Below, one piece after another: positions 37,701 to 51,751 of a stretch of DNA of 64,000 nucleotides (position 1 is the first letter of the stretch; the number at the start of each line of letters is the position of its first letter). The DNA lies in assembly GCA_036785375.1 (NCBI GenBank), contig JAWMAR010000471.1, forward strand, positions 310,001-374,000, written 5' to 3'. Made by a program: the position numbers and the translations under genes. Below the pieces are notes generated by a model that was given only the letters and a program-made list of their open reading frames with translations, did not search any database and was not told the origin of the DNA. This DNA is from Leucoraja ocellata. Lineage: Eukaryota.

Positions 37701-39228
37701 TTCCCCCGAGAAAACCCTTTGAGAATGTGTCTCCTCGACCTGGTGCCTCTGCGGCTTTCGGATGTTCGGAACTTGGGATGGTATTGCCAGCACCCAAGGG
37801 ACTGAGTTTGTTTCGTGTAGTTCAGAGATACAGCGCGGAAACGGGCCCTTCGGCCCACCGAGTCCGCACCTACCAGTGACCCGCGCTCATCAACAATACC
37901 CAACACACACTAGGGACAATTTTACATTGATAACAAGCCAATTAACCTCCAAACATGGACGCCTTTGGAGTGTGGGCGGAAACCCAAGATCTCGGAGAAA
38001 ACCCACGCAAGGCGCGGGGAGGGCGTACAAACTGTGTACAGACAATGGTTCATATTAATGCCCCACCACACACAAAGACACACAATGAAACTGTTTCCAC
38101 TGGTTCTCTATTTCCCTATACGGGGCAAGTGACTCTGTGCGTTTTACCAGATCTACTCCTCTCACGATTTTGGACACCCTTCACCCCCTGCGCATCATGG
38201 AATAGTCCTGCCACCTCATCCTCAACATGTAGCACAGTAGCACGGCGGCATGGTGACGTAACGGTATAGCTACTTCCTTACTGCGCCAGAGACACGGGTA
38301 TCCTGACTACGGGTGCTTGTATGTACAGTTTGCACGCTCTCGCCATGACTTGCGAGTGCTTTATCCGAGATCTTGGGGTTTCGCCCACAATCCAAACACG
38401 TACATGTTTGTAGGTTAATTGGTTTGTTATAAATACCTGGACTGTGGAACAGCATCCCTCTACCCATTAGAACAGCCCCCCCATCAACTCTTTTAAGTCT
38501 GGACTGAAAACTTATTTCTACTCTCAAGACTTTCTTGAGGTCCTCTGAGGGAGCGCTGTATGTATGTACCTGTGTATGTATTGCTGATCTATGTACAACT
38601 GTCTGTGGCACGTTTAGTACCCGCACTAATGTAAAGCACTTTGCACAACGAGAGTTGTTTTTAAATGTGCTATAGAAATAAAATTGACTTGACTTGATCA
38701 ATGTAAAATTGTCCCTAGTGTGTGCAGGGTATTGTTGATGTGCGGGGATCACTGGTAGGTGCGGACACAGTGGACCGAAGGGCCAGTTTCTAACTTGCAT
38801 CTATCTCGCAGCGAATCCGTTCCTTGCGGTTCGATGTGGGAATGGGGGTCATTTCTAACTCGGAATTAAATTTAAACAGAAAGTACATTTCGCCAGACAA
38901 TCAACGTAACTTATAAATCCCGCATTGACCCGCTCCTCATAGTTCCTTTACATGATGATACCTTAGAGTTCCTCACAAAAGCCGAGTCGAGTGTCCCCTG
39001 TTACAGCGATGAAGACGTTTCCTTCCCCACCCAGTCACTACACGCCTAACCTGAAAGGACGCTGACCGAGTCCCAACTGGGGAGGAAGTTGAGGTAGGCG
39101 GAAGTCAGTCGCTTCCCGCCAACCTTTACCCCAGCGCCACCAGCACCAGCAGGAGAGGCGAGGACATCCGAAAGCCGCACAGCACCAGGTCGAGGAGATA
39201 AGTTCACAATTTCATTTTCACAGGGAAA

Positions 39229-40150
39229 ATGCGCGTACTTGCCATTTGGATTGTGTGGGGAGCATGTCTGATAGGTAAAGTCGCAACAGTTATCCGGCTA
39301 CTTACTCCGACGGAACGTCGACCATCATTGTGATTGCGAACCGGTCTAATCTTTCCCTACATGTAAATGGAACGCCGGGTACTATCTAATCGCCATCCAT
39401 ATGCCATGGAGAAAATTAATTGGTATTGGTAATGTTTCGGGTCGAGAACCTTCTTCAGGTCACCAATTATTTTTGTCAAGAGAGGCTGGCTGACCCGCTG
39501 AGTTACTCCAGCTTTTCGTGTCTAACTTCGGTTTTAAGTCAGCGTCTGCAGTTCCTTCCTACCTCTCAGCCGCGGCCATGTTCGAATCACCTCGATATGC
39601 AAGGGAACTATGCGATGCATATCCATCCCAGTGCCGACATTGGCTTTGTCTCTGGAACGGATTCGCTACATAATATGAACTTTATTCTGCACTCGCCATC
39701 TCCCATTTAACTATCTATTGCACGTGCGTTTGATCTGATTGTATTTATGTATATTATCAGTTGATGTGTTTGGGTGACATGTAATACAAGCTCTTCCGCC
39801 TATTTCGGTGCACGCATGACAAACCTAAACCTAATCCATATATTTTTCAGATCCCAATCATGCAGATACCGTCACACAATCGCTGCCGTCAGCAGAAGGT
39901 GGAAGGAGGTCGGTGACTTTCAGTTGCACCTATGATACCGCAGAAACGCGCTACTACTTATTTGGTACCGGCATCATCAGGATTCAAGCCCGAGTTCATA
40001 CTGTGGAAATATTCACATGGAAACGTGGAGAAAGCCGATTTTGCACGCGCTCGCTTCTCTTTCCAGCTCCAGACCGATAGAAAATTAGTCAGTTTAACCT
40101 ATCAGGGCTGGAGCTGAGCGACTCTGCTGTTTATTACTGCGCCTTTAGCT
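39229..40150 (+). pseudogene. Family-1 V segment (V9), frameshifted as assembled; leader 39229-39274, exon 39851-40150
   Basis: 300 nt instead of 307; six small deletions, all in homopolymer/dinucleotide runs; may be intact in vivo. Confidence 0.7.
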
Positions 40151-40189
40151 CACAGTGATGGAAAGCAGTGAAACCTTCATACAAAAACA
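40151..40189 (+). other. 23-RSS of V9
   Basis: CACAGTG + 23 + ACAAAAACA. Confidence 0.92.
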
Positions 40190-42566
40190 TCAGCTTCTGC
40201 TTTGCCTGCTGCCGTGAGATCCGTCTGCACCGCGCTTGCTGGTTGTGGTTTCTCGCCGTCTGAGAATTCTTCCCAACTCACTCAGTTTCTCTCGAGGGCG
40301 GCTTGCGGTGTCATCGGCGCAGCTGAAACCACCAACTCCCTTTCTGTGCTCCGTGCTGAGGGCGGCATCTGTGTGAACAGAATCGCCATGTCTGGTGTCT
40401 GGAAAACACAAGGATTGGGTTTAGATTTATAATGTCAGAGATAACAGTGATTAACTATGCTTTACATACTAGCTGGCAGACCAGATAACGATCCATAAAT
40501 ACAACCCATTCAACCGAAGTGCAATAGATAGAGCAAAGGGAAAGATACAGAGTGCAGAATAAAGTTCTCCACATTGTAGCGCATCAATTCCAGAATCAAA
40601 TCCCAATGTCCACAATGGGGTCGATGTGCACCGGCCTGTACTCTACTTTATGGAGTTAAATCCTGTAGTACCCTGTCAAGACCGAGATTCAGGGAGAGGG
40701 AGACTAGAGATATGGAACGGTAACGTGTGAAAACGATAGATCATGACGGACGCAGCTACAGGAAATGTCTAATATCATTGTTAGCTGGGGGGGGGGGGGG
40801 GGGGGCGACAACGTGGCATTCAAACAGAAACATTTGTCCGATTTTGAATGGTAACGAAATTGAAAATGTATCGCTTATTGGCGACGCCGATCAACATCAT
40901 CTTCGTCATCTGTGTGGTCCCAACATTGGCGACATTCGGCTCGATTGGGGAACGCAATGTAGCTCATTGCAGCTGAGAGCAGTACATCGAGTCAGCAGGA
41001 TCTCGGAGAGGACCCACGAGGTCACGGCGAGAACCTGCAATCTCCCGTACAGACAGCACCCGTAGACGGGATCGATCCCGTGTCTCTGGCGCTGCAAATG
41101 CTGTAAGGCAGCAACTCTACTGCTGCGCCACCGTGGCCGCCCGGAATCTAGTTTGGTTGGGTTGGGTTGGAATGGTGGCACGATAAATAATTCACGCGAA
41201 TGCTTTGCGGTTTGGGAGAGCACCGTGAATGTTGGTAAATGAAACACAACGCATTTTCGCGGAGAATAATAAAGATAGGCACCAAGTCAAAAAATATTCC
41301 ACATTCTAAATAAACCCTTCAAAACAACAAAATAGCCTTCTCCTCCTTGAATAAACTGTGATCTGGTAAATGTTTGATGAAGCGAGGGGTGGATCTCATC
41401 ATTGAATTTGGAGATGAACAACCAACAAAATAACTTGCAGCGATTTGAAATGTGACATATCGTTGTTAAAGTAGAGGAGCGTCTTGTCGTTCAAATCTTC
41501 ATCTCAATCTCGGATTCCATGCCTTTCTCTAAACATCTCCTCTGTGCCATTTTACAAAGCACTTGCCCACATATCGCCCTTACTCGTGCCTTAACCCTTG
41601 TCCCCTTTCACTCCCTGACAAAGGTCGATTGCTACAATATATTATCAGTGGCATTAGTTGTATGTATGTTGCAAGATAATTCATTGATTTAATTGAAAAA
41701 TTCTTGTCACTGTTACTTTGAAGAGCGAGCGCCGGTGTGGCAATCTTTGGCGACTTGAAGCCTATCTTTAGCATTCTCTTAGATCATTATTGTTACGGAT
41801 ATTCACCCGACGTGTTTCACGCCAAGGTCAGCCTCATTGATTACTGTATTCAGATGAAATATACCGTAGGTCCAACAGTAGCAGTGCCCCCCAAGTTCGA
41901 CTCTGTAGATCTGTTATTAGTCGGAGTATTTGGGAAAGAAGCTTGCAGTGTAGTTACCCGATTGACCAACTAACCGGGATACGCGCCTGTGTACACTGCG
42001 ATGACGATACATTCCCTCTATAACAATTAAATACAAGGTTATTCTGCCGATCACTTATTTTCGCAGCTGAGTCCAAGCAGATCAATAACATTTGAACATT
42101 TTAAGACACGACAACATTTTCCAGAAATATATCCACTTTAACGAACACATTTTTTTGTAGCAACGTGTCTTTATTTGAAATAAAGATAATTTACATCGTG
42201 CTTGTTTCGCTTCCTATGGTAGGAATTAGGTTCGTGCTAACCGTTTACTCTGTATATCTGACCCATTCTACCAGAACAGCCTTCCAGTCCATTCATGAAA
42301 ACAATTCACGTATGACTAGAGATGCTGGAATGTGCAGCAAATCTAAAATTATGTGTTGGAGGACCAAAAGGAATAGGTGACCTGAAGAAGGGTCTCGACA
42401 CGAAACATTACCTATACCAATTCATTTTCTCCATGTCATATGGATGGCGATTAGATAGTGCCCGGCTTTCCATTTACATGTAGGGAAATATTAGACCGGT
42501 TCGCATTCACAATGATGGTCGACATTCAGTCGGAGTAAGTAGCCGGATTAACTGCTGCGACTTTAC

Positions 42567-42612
42567 CTATCAGGCATGCTCCCCACACAATAGAAATGGC
42601 AAATACGCGCAT
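42567..42612 (-). pseudogene. Orphan family-1 leader exon (duplicate of 26370-26415)
   Basis: Same sequence and context at +16197. Confidence 0.8.
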
Positions 42613-44763
42613 TTTCCCTGTGAAAACCCCTTTGCGAACTTCCCTCCTCGACCTGGTGCTGTGCGGCTTTCGGATGTTCTCGCCTCTCCTGCTGGTGCTG
42701 GTGGCGCTGTGGTAACGGTGGCGGGAAGTGACTGCCTTCCGCCTACCTCAACTTCCTCCCCAGTTGGGACTCGGTCAGCGTTCTTTCATGTTAGGCATGT
42801 AGTGACTGGGTTAGGGGGGGAATCGTCTTCAACGCTGTAACAGGGGAAACTCGGATCTGCTTTTGTGAGGAACTCTAAGGTATCATAATGTAAAACAACT
42901 ATGAGGAGCGGGTGAATGCGGGAATTATCGGTCACGTTGATGGCCTGGCGAAATGTACTTTCTGTTTAAATTTATCTCCGAGTTAGAAATTATCCCCATT
43001 CCCACATCAAACCGCAAGGAACGGATTCAATGCGAGATAGATGCAAGTGAGGATGCGAGGCCACCTTTAGAATATTGCGTTCCATTTTGGGCATTTATCA
43101 TATGAAACTTGTCGTCAGGCAGGAAAGGGTGCAGAGAATACTTGGGATGATGTTGCCAGCACCCAAAGGACTGAGTTTTGTTTAATGTAGTTCATAGATA
43201 GAGGCCGGAAACGGGCCCTTCGACCCACCGAGTCCGCACCTACCATTGATCCCCGTACATCAACGATACCTTACACACACTAGGGACAATTTTACATTGA
43301 TAACAAACCAATTAACCTACAAACATGGACGCCTTTGGAGTGTGAGCGGAAACCCAAGATATCGGAGAAAACCCACGCTAGGCGCGGGGAGGGCGTACAA
43401 ACTGTGTACAGACAATGGTTCATATTAAAGCCCCACCACCACACACACACACACCTTCAACCTGTATCCTCTGGTTCTCTATTCCTCTATACGGGGCAAG
43501 TGACTCTGTGTGTTTACCCGATCTGCTCCTCTCATGATTTTGGACACCCTTCACCCCCCTGCGGATCGTGGAATAGTCCTAGCCACCTCATCCTCAACAT
43601 GTAGCTCAGTGGCACGGCGGCACGGTGACGTAACGGTATAGCTACTTCCTTACTGCGCCAGAGACAAGGGTATCCTGACTACGGGTGCTTGTATGTACAG
43701 TTTCTACGCTCTCCCCGTGACTTGCGAGGGCTTTCTCCAGATCTTGGGGTTTCGCCCACAATCCAAAGACGTACATGTCTGTAGGTTAATTGGCTTGTTA
43801 TAAATACCAACACAATGGGAACAGCATCACTCTTCCCATCAGAACAGCCCCCTCCATCAACTCTTTAATGTCTAGACTGAAAACTTATTTCTACTCTCAA
43901 GACTTCCTTGAGGTCCCCTGAGGGAGCGCTGCATGTGTGTACTTCTGTATGTATTGTTGATCTCTGTACAACTGTTTGTATCACGTTTAGTACCTGCACT
44001 AATGTAAAGCACTTTGCACAACGAGAGTTGTTTTAAATGTGCTATGGAAATAAAATTGACTTGACTTGACTTGATCAATGTAGAATTGTCCCTAGTGTGT
44101 GTAGCGTTTTTTTTGATGTGCGGGGATCACTGATAGGTGCGGACACGGAGGGCCGAAGGGCCAGTTTCCGCGCTGTTTCTCTGAACTACACGAATCAAAC
44201 TCAGTCCCTTGGGTGCTGGCAACATCATTGCAAGTTTTCTCTGCACCCTTCCCTGCTGGACACGATTTTTCATATGACATGTGCCCAAAACGGAACGCAA
44301 TACTCTAAAGGTGGCCTCGCATCCTAACTTGCATCTATCTCGCAGCGAATCCGTTCCTTGCGGTTCGATGTGGGAAAGGGAGCCATTTCTAACTCGGAAT
44401 AAAATTTAAACAGAAAGTACATTTCGCCACGCAATCAACGTAACCTATAAATCCCGCATTGACCCGCTCCTCATAGTTCCTTTACATTATGATACCTTAG
44501 AGTTCCTCACAAAAGCCGAGCCGAATTTCCCCTGTTACAGCGATGAAGACGTTTCCTTTCCCCACCCAGTCACTACATGCCTAACCTGAGAGAACGCTGA
44601 CAGAGTCCCAAGGGGGGAGGAAGTTGAGGTCGGCGGAAGTCAGTCGCTTCCCGCTCACCGTTACCACAGCGCCACCAGCACCAGCAGGAGAGGCGAGAAC
44701 ATCCGAAAGCCGCACAGCACCAGATCGAGGAGAGAATTTCACAAAGGGTTTTTCACAGGGAAA

Positions 44764-45698
44764 ATGCGCGTATTTGCCATTTGGATTGTGTGGGGAGCAT
44801 GCCTGATAGGTAAAGTCGCAGCAGTTAATCCGGCTACTTACTCCGACGGAACGTCGACCATCATTGTGAATGCGAAACCGGTCTAATATTTCCCTACATG
44901 TAAATGGAAAGCCGGGTACTATCTAACCGCCATCCATATGCCATGGAGAAAATGAATTGGTATAGGTAATGTTTCGTGTCGAGACCCTTCTTCAGGTCAC
45001 CTATTACTTTTGTCAAGAGAGGCTGGCTGATCCGCTGAGTTACTCCAGCTTTTTGTGCCTAACTTCGGTTTAAGTCAGCATCTGCAGTTCCTTACTACCT
45101 CTCAGCCGCGGGCATGTTCGATTCACCTCGATATGCAAGGGAACTATGCGATGCATATCTACCCCAGTGTCGACATTGGCATTTGTCTCTGGAACTGATT
45201 CTCTATAATAAGAATAACTTTATTCTGCACTCTCTGTCTTCCCTTTATCTATCCATTGAACGTGCGTTTGATTTGATTGTATTTAAGTATATTATCAGTT
45301 GATGTGTTTGGGTGACTTGTAATACAAAGATCTTCCGCGTATTTCGGTGCACGCATGACAAACCTAAACCTAATCCATATATTTATTTCAGATCCCAATC
45401 ATGGAGATACCGTCACACAATCGCTACCGTCAGCACAGAAGGTGGAAGGAGAGTCGATGACTTTCAGCTGCACCTATGACACCGCAGAAACGAGCTACGT
45501 CTTATTTTGGTACCGGCATCATCAGGACTCAAAGCCCGAGTTCATACTGAATAAATATTCACATGAATACGAGGAGAAAGCCGATTTTGCAGGCGATCGC
45601 TTCTCTGCCCAGCTCCAGACCGATAGAAAATTAGTCAGTTTAACCCTATCGGGGCTGGAGCTGAGCGACTCTGCAGTTTATTACTGCGCCTTTAGTCT
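44764..45698 (+). CDS. TCR alpha/delta-type V segment, family 1 (V10); leader 44764-44809, V exon 45392-45698
   Basis: Intact; near-identical to V6. Confidence 0.92.
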
Positions 45699-45737
45699 CA
45701 CAGTGATGGAAAGCAGTGAAACCTTCATACAAAAACA
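45699..45737 (+). other. 23-RSS of V10
   Basis: CACAGTG + 23 + ACAAAAACA. Confidence 0.93.
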
Positions 45738-48079
45738 TCAAGCTTCTGCTTTGCCTGCTACAGCGAGATACGTCTGCACTGCGCTTGCTGGTTGTGGTTT
45801 CTCGCCGCCTGAGAATTCCTTCCAACTCACTCAGTTTCTCTCGAGGGCGGCTTGCGGTGTCATCGGTTCAGCAGAAACCCACCGACTCCCTTTCTGTGCT
45901 CCGTGCTGAGGGCGGCATCTGTGGGAACAGAATCGCCATGTCTGGTGTCTGGAAAACACATGGATTGGGTTTAGATTTATAATGGTCAGAGATAAAGTTA
46001 TGAACTATGCTTTACATATTAGCTGGCAGACCAGATAACGATCCATAAATACAACCCATTCAAACCGAAGTGCTATAGATAGAGCAAAGGGAAAGATACA
46101 GAGTGCAGAATAAAGTTCTCCACATTGTAGCGCATCAATTCCAGAATCAAATCCCAATGTCCACAATGGGGTCGATGTGCACCGGCCTGTGCTCCACTTT
46201 ATGGAGTTAAGTCCTGTAGTACCCTGCCGAAGATAGGCACAAAATGCAGGTGGGACAGAAGGCATATCCGGAGAGAAGATGGGTGACGTTTCGGGTCAAG
46301 ACCGAGATTCAGGAGAGAGGGAGACTAGAGATATGGAACTGTAAGGTGTGATAACGAGAGATTAAAACGGACGCAAGTCCAGGAAATGTATAATATCATT
46401 GTTAGCTGGGGGGGAATGCAACAACTTGGCATTCAAACAGAAACATTAGTGCGATTGTGAATGATAACGAAATTGAAAATGTATCGCTGATTGGCGACGC
46501 CGATCAACATCATCTTCTTCATCTGTGTGGTCCCTACATTGGCGATATTCGCCTCGATTGGGGAAAGCAATGTGGCTCATTGCAGCTGAGAGCAGTACAT
46601 CTAGTCAGCAGGATCTCCGAGAGGACCCACGAGGTCACGGCGAGAACCTACAAACTCCGTACAGACAACACCCGTAGACGGGATCGATCCCGTGTCTCCG
46701 GAGTCTCCAAGTACTGTAATGCAGCAACTCTACTGCTGCGCCACCGTGGCCGCCCGGAATTTAATTTGGGTTGGGTTGGAATGGTGGGCAGGAAAAATAA
46801 TTCACGCGAATGCTTTGCGGTTTGGGAGAGCACCGTGAATGTTGGTAAATGAACACAACGCATTTTCGCAGAGAATAATAAAGATAGGCACCAAGTCAAG
46901 AAAGATTTCCACACGATATAAAAAAAACTTCAAAACCACAAAATAGCCTTCTCCTCATTGAATAAACTGTGATCTGGTAAATGTTTGATGAAGCGAGGGG
47001 TGGATCTCATCATTGAAACTGGTGATGAACAACCAACAGAATAACTTGCAGCAATTTGAAATGTGACATATGGTTGTTAAAGTAGAGGAGCGTCTTGGCG
47101 TTCAAACCTTCATCTCAATCTCGGATTCCATGCCTTTCTCTTAACATCTCCTCTGTTCCATTTTTCAAAGCACTTGCCCACATATCGCCCCATACTCGTG
47201 CCTTGACCCTTATCCCCTTCCATCCGCTGACAAAGCTCGATTGCTACAATATTATTATCAGTGGCATTAGTTGTATGTATGCTGTAAGATAGTTCATTGA
47301 TTTAATTGAGACATTCTTGTCACTGTTATTTTGAAGAGCGAGCGCGGGTGTAGAAATCTTTGGCGGCTTGAAGCCTATCTTTAGCATTCTCTTAGATCAT
47401 TATTGTTACGGATATTCACCCGACGTGTTTCACCCCAAGGTCTGCCTCATTGATTACTGTATTCAGATAAAATATACCGTAGGTCCAACAGTAGCAGTGC
47501 CCCCAGGTTCGACTCTGTAGATCTGTGATTAGTCGGAGTATTTGGGAAAGAAGCTTGCAGTGTAGTTACCCGATTGACCAACTAACCGGGATACACGCCT
47601 GTGTACACTGCGATGACCATCCATTCCATCTATAACAATTAAATACAAGGTTATTCTGCCGACCACTTATTTTCGCAGCTGAGTACAAGCAGTTCAATAA
47701 CATTTGAACATTTTCAGACACCACAACATTATCCAGAAAGATATCCACTTTAACGAAGCAATTTTATTTAGCAATGTGGCTTTATTTGAAATATAGATTA
47801 TTTTCATCGTGCTTATTTCGCTCCCTGATGCAGTAATTAGGTTCGTGCTAAGCGTTTATTCTATATTATCTGACCCATTCTACCAGAACAGCCTTCCAGT
47901 CCATTCTTGAAAACAAGTCACGTATGACTAGAGATACTGGAATGTGCAGCAAATCTAAAATTATGTGTTGGAGGATCTCAGCGGCGTCGGCCAGACATTG
48001 TACAAGATATGGAATGCAAAGCATAGTTCATCACTGTATCTCTGACCATTATAAATCTAAACCCAATCCATGTGTTTTC

Positions 48080-48668
48080 CAGTATGAACTCGGGCCTTGA
48101 GTCCTGATGATGACGTTACCAAAATAAGAAGTAGTACGTTGCTGCGGTATCACAAGTGCAGCTGAAAGTCATCGACTCTCCTTCCACCTTCTGTGCTGAC
48201 GGCAGCGATCGTGTGACGGTATCTCAATGATTGGGATCTGAAAAAAATGTATGGATTAGGTTTAGGTTTGTCATACGTGCCCCGAAATACGCGGAAGACC
48301 TTTGTATGACATGGCACCCAATCAGATCAACTGATAATATACTTAAATACAATCAAATCAAATGCACGTTCAATATATAGATAAAGGGAAGATAGGGAGT
48401 GCAGCATAAAAGGAATAGGTGACCTGAAGAAGGGTCTCGACACGAAACATTACCTATGCCAATTCATTGTCTCCATGGCATATGGATGGCGATTAGATAA
48501 TACCCGGCTTTCCATTTACATGTAGGGGAAGATTAGACCGGTTCGCATTCACAATGATGGTCGACATTCAGTCGGAGTAAATAGCCGGATTAACTGTTGC
48601 CGGATTAACCGGATGACTTTACCTATCAGGCATGCTTCCCACACAATGGAAATGGCAAATACGCGCCT
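48080..48668 (-). pseudogene. Truncated family-1 V pseudogene (exon remnant 48237-48080; leader 48668-48623 with ATG>AGG)
   Basis: Shared deletion and TGA, plus an extra TAC>TAA after the conserved Trp. Confidence 0.88.
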
Positions 48669-50829
48669 TTTCCCTGTGAAAACCCCTTTGCGAACTTCCC
48701 TCCTCGATCTGGTGCTGTGCGGCTTTCGAATGTTCTCGCCTCTCCTGCTGGTGCTGGTGGCGCTGTTGTAACGGTGGGCGGGAGGTGAGCTACTTCGCCT
48801 ACCTCAACTTCCTCCCCAGTTGGGACTCGGTCAGCGTTCTTTCAGGGTAGGCATGCAGTGACTGGGTTAGGGGAGGAATCGTCTTCAACGCATTAACAGG
48901 GGAAACTCGGCTCTGCTTTTGTGAGGAACTCAATGGTATCATAATGTAAAGCAACTATGAGGAGCGGGTCAATGCGGGAACTATCGGTCACGTTGATGGC
49001 CTGGCGAAATGTACTTTCTGTTTAAATTTATCTTCGAGTTAGAAATTATCCCCATTCCCACATCGAACCGCAAGGAACGGATTCAATGCGAGATAGATGC
49101 AAGTTAGGATGCGAGGCCACCATTAGAGTATTGCGTTCCGCTTTGGGCACTTATCATATGAAACTTGTCGTCAGGCAGGAAAGGGTGCAGAGAATACTTG
49201 GGATGATGTTGCCAGCACCCAAAGGACTGAGTTTTGTTTAATGTAGTTCATAGATAGAGGCCGGAAACGGGCCCCTCGGCCTACCGAGTCCGCACCTACC
49301 ATTGATCCCCGCACATCAACAATACCCTACACACAGTAGGGACAATTTTACATTGTTAACACGCCAATTAACCTACAAACATGGACGCCTTTGGAGTGTG
49401 GGCGGAAACCCAAGATCTCGGAGAAAACCCACGCTAGGCGCGGGGAGGGCGTACAAACTGTGTACAGACAATGGTTCATATTATGGTTCATATTAAAGCC
49501 CCACCGCACACACACCCACCTTCAACCTGTATCATCTGGTTCTCTGTTCCCCTATACGTGGCAAGTGACCCTGTGCGTTTACCCGATCTACTCCTCTCAC
49601 GATTTTGGACACCCATCACCGCCCTGCGCTTCATGGAATAGTCCAAGCCACCTCATCCTTACGATGTAGCTCAGTGGCACGGCGGCACGGTGACGTAACG
49701 GTGTAGCTACTTCCTTACTGCGCCAGAGATACGGGTATCCTGACTACGGGTGCTTGTATGTACAGTTTGTAGGCTCTCGCCGTGACTTGCGAGGGCTTTC
49801 TCCGAGATCTTGGGTTTTCGCCCACAATCCAAAGACGTACATGTTTGTAGGTTAAGTGGCTTGTTATAAACACCACCACAATGGAACAGCATCCCTCTTC
49901 CCACCAGAACAGCCCCCTCCATCAACTCTTTTAAGTCTAGACTGAAAACTTATTTCTACTCTCAAGCCTTTCTTGAGGTCCTCTGTGAGAGGACCTCATG
50001 TATTTACTTGTGTATGTATTGTTGATCTATGTACAACTGTTCGTAGCACGTTTAGTACCTGCGCTAATGTAAAGCACTTTGCACAACGAGAGTTGTTATT
50101 AAATGTGCTATAGAAATTGACTTGACTTGACTTGACTTGATCAATGTAAAAATTGTCCCTAGTGTGTGTAGGGTGTTGTTGATGTGCGGGGATCACTGGT
50201 AGGTGCGCACACAGTGGGCCGAAGGGACAGTTTACGCGCTGTATCTCTGAACTACACGAATCAAACTCAGTCCCCTGGGTGCTGGCAACATCATCGCAAG
50301 TTTTCTCTGCACCCTTCCCTGCTGGACAACATCTTTCATGTGACAAGTGCGCAAAACGGAACGCAATACTCTAAAGGTGGCCTCGCATCCTAACTTGCAT
50401 CTATCTCGCATCGAACCCGTTCCTTGCGGTTCGTTGTGGGACGGGGGGTCATTTCTATCTCGGAATTAAATTTAAACAGAAAGTACATTTCGCCAGGCAA
50501 TCAACCTAACCTATAAATCCCGCATTGACCCGCTCCTCATAGTTGCTTTACATTATGATACCTTAGAGTTCCTCACAAATGCCGAGCCGAGTTTCCCCTG
50601 TTACAGCGATGAAGACGTGTCCTTCCCCCGCCCAGTCACTACATGCCGAACCTGAAAGAACGCTGACCGAGTCCCAACTGGGAAGGAAGTTGAGGTCGGC
50701 GGAAGTCTGCCGCTTCCCGCCCACCGTTACCACAGCGCCACCAGCACCAGCAGGAGAGGCCAGAACATCCGAAACCCGCACTGCACCAGGTCGAGGAAGG
50801 AGGTCCACAAAGAGCCTTGCACAGGAAAA

Positions 50830-51751
50830 ATGCGCGTATTTGCCATTTGGATTGTGTGGGGAGCATGCCTGATAGGTAAAGTCGCAAAAGTTAATCCGGC
50901 TACTTACTCCGACGGAACGTCGACCATCATTGTGAATACGAAACCGCTCTAATATTTCCCTACATGTAAATGGAAAGCCGGGTACTATCTAACCGCCACC
51001 CATATGCCGTGGAGAAAATTAATTGCTATTGGTAATGTTTCGGGTCGAGATTCTTCTTCAGGTCACCAATTCTTTTTGCCAAGAGAGGCTGGCAGACCCG
51101 CTGAGTTACTCCAGCTTTTTGTGTCTAACTTCGGTTTACGTCAGCATCTGCATTTCCTTCCTACCTCACAGCCGCGGCAATGCTCGATTCACCTCGATAT
51201 GCAAGGGAACTATGCGATGCATATCTACCCCAGTGTCCGACATTGGCCTTTGTTTCGCTACAAGAATAATTATTTTATTCTGCACTCGCTATCTTCCCTT
51301 TAACTATCTATTGCACCTGCGTTTGATTTGATTGTATTGAAGTATATTATCAGATGATGTGTTTGGGTGACATGTAATACAAAGATCTTCCGCGTATTTC
51401 GGTGCACGCATGACAAAACTAAACCTAATCCATATATTTTTCAGATCCCAATCATGGAGATACCGTCACACAATCGCTGCCGTCAGCACAGAAGGTGGAA
51501 GGAGAGTCCGTGACTTTCAGCTGCACCTATGACACCACAGCAACGAGCTACGAGTTATTTTGGTACCGGCATCATCAGGATTCAAGTCCCGAGTTCATAC
51601 TGAAGAAATATTCAAGTGGAGGCGAGAATAAAGCCGGTTTTGCAGGCGATCGCTTCGCTGCCCAGCTCCAGACCGATAGAAAATTAGTCAGTTTATCCCT
51701 ATCGGGGCTGGAGCTGAGCGACTCTGCAGTTTATTACTGCGCCTTTAGCCG
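50830..51751 (+). CDS. TCR alpha/delta-type V segment, family 1 (V11); leader 50830-50875, V exon 51445-51751
   Basis: Intact leader, splice sites and open V exon. Confidence 0.92.

Larger units (their letters stand above)
16000..48600. repeat. ~16.2-kb tandem segmental duplication (approx. 16.0-32.4 kb vs 32.6-48.6 kb)
   Basis: Same gene order; landmark offsets 16197-16214 (V4/V8, V5/V9, V6/V10, orphan leaders, pseudo-V). Confidence 0.88.
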
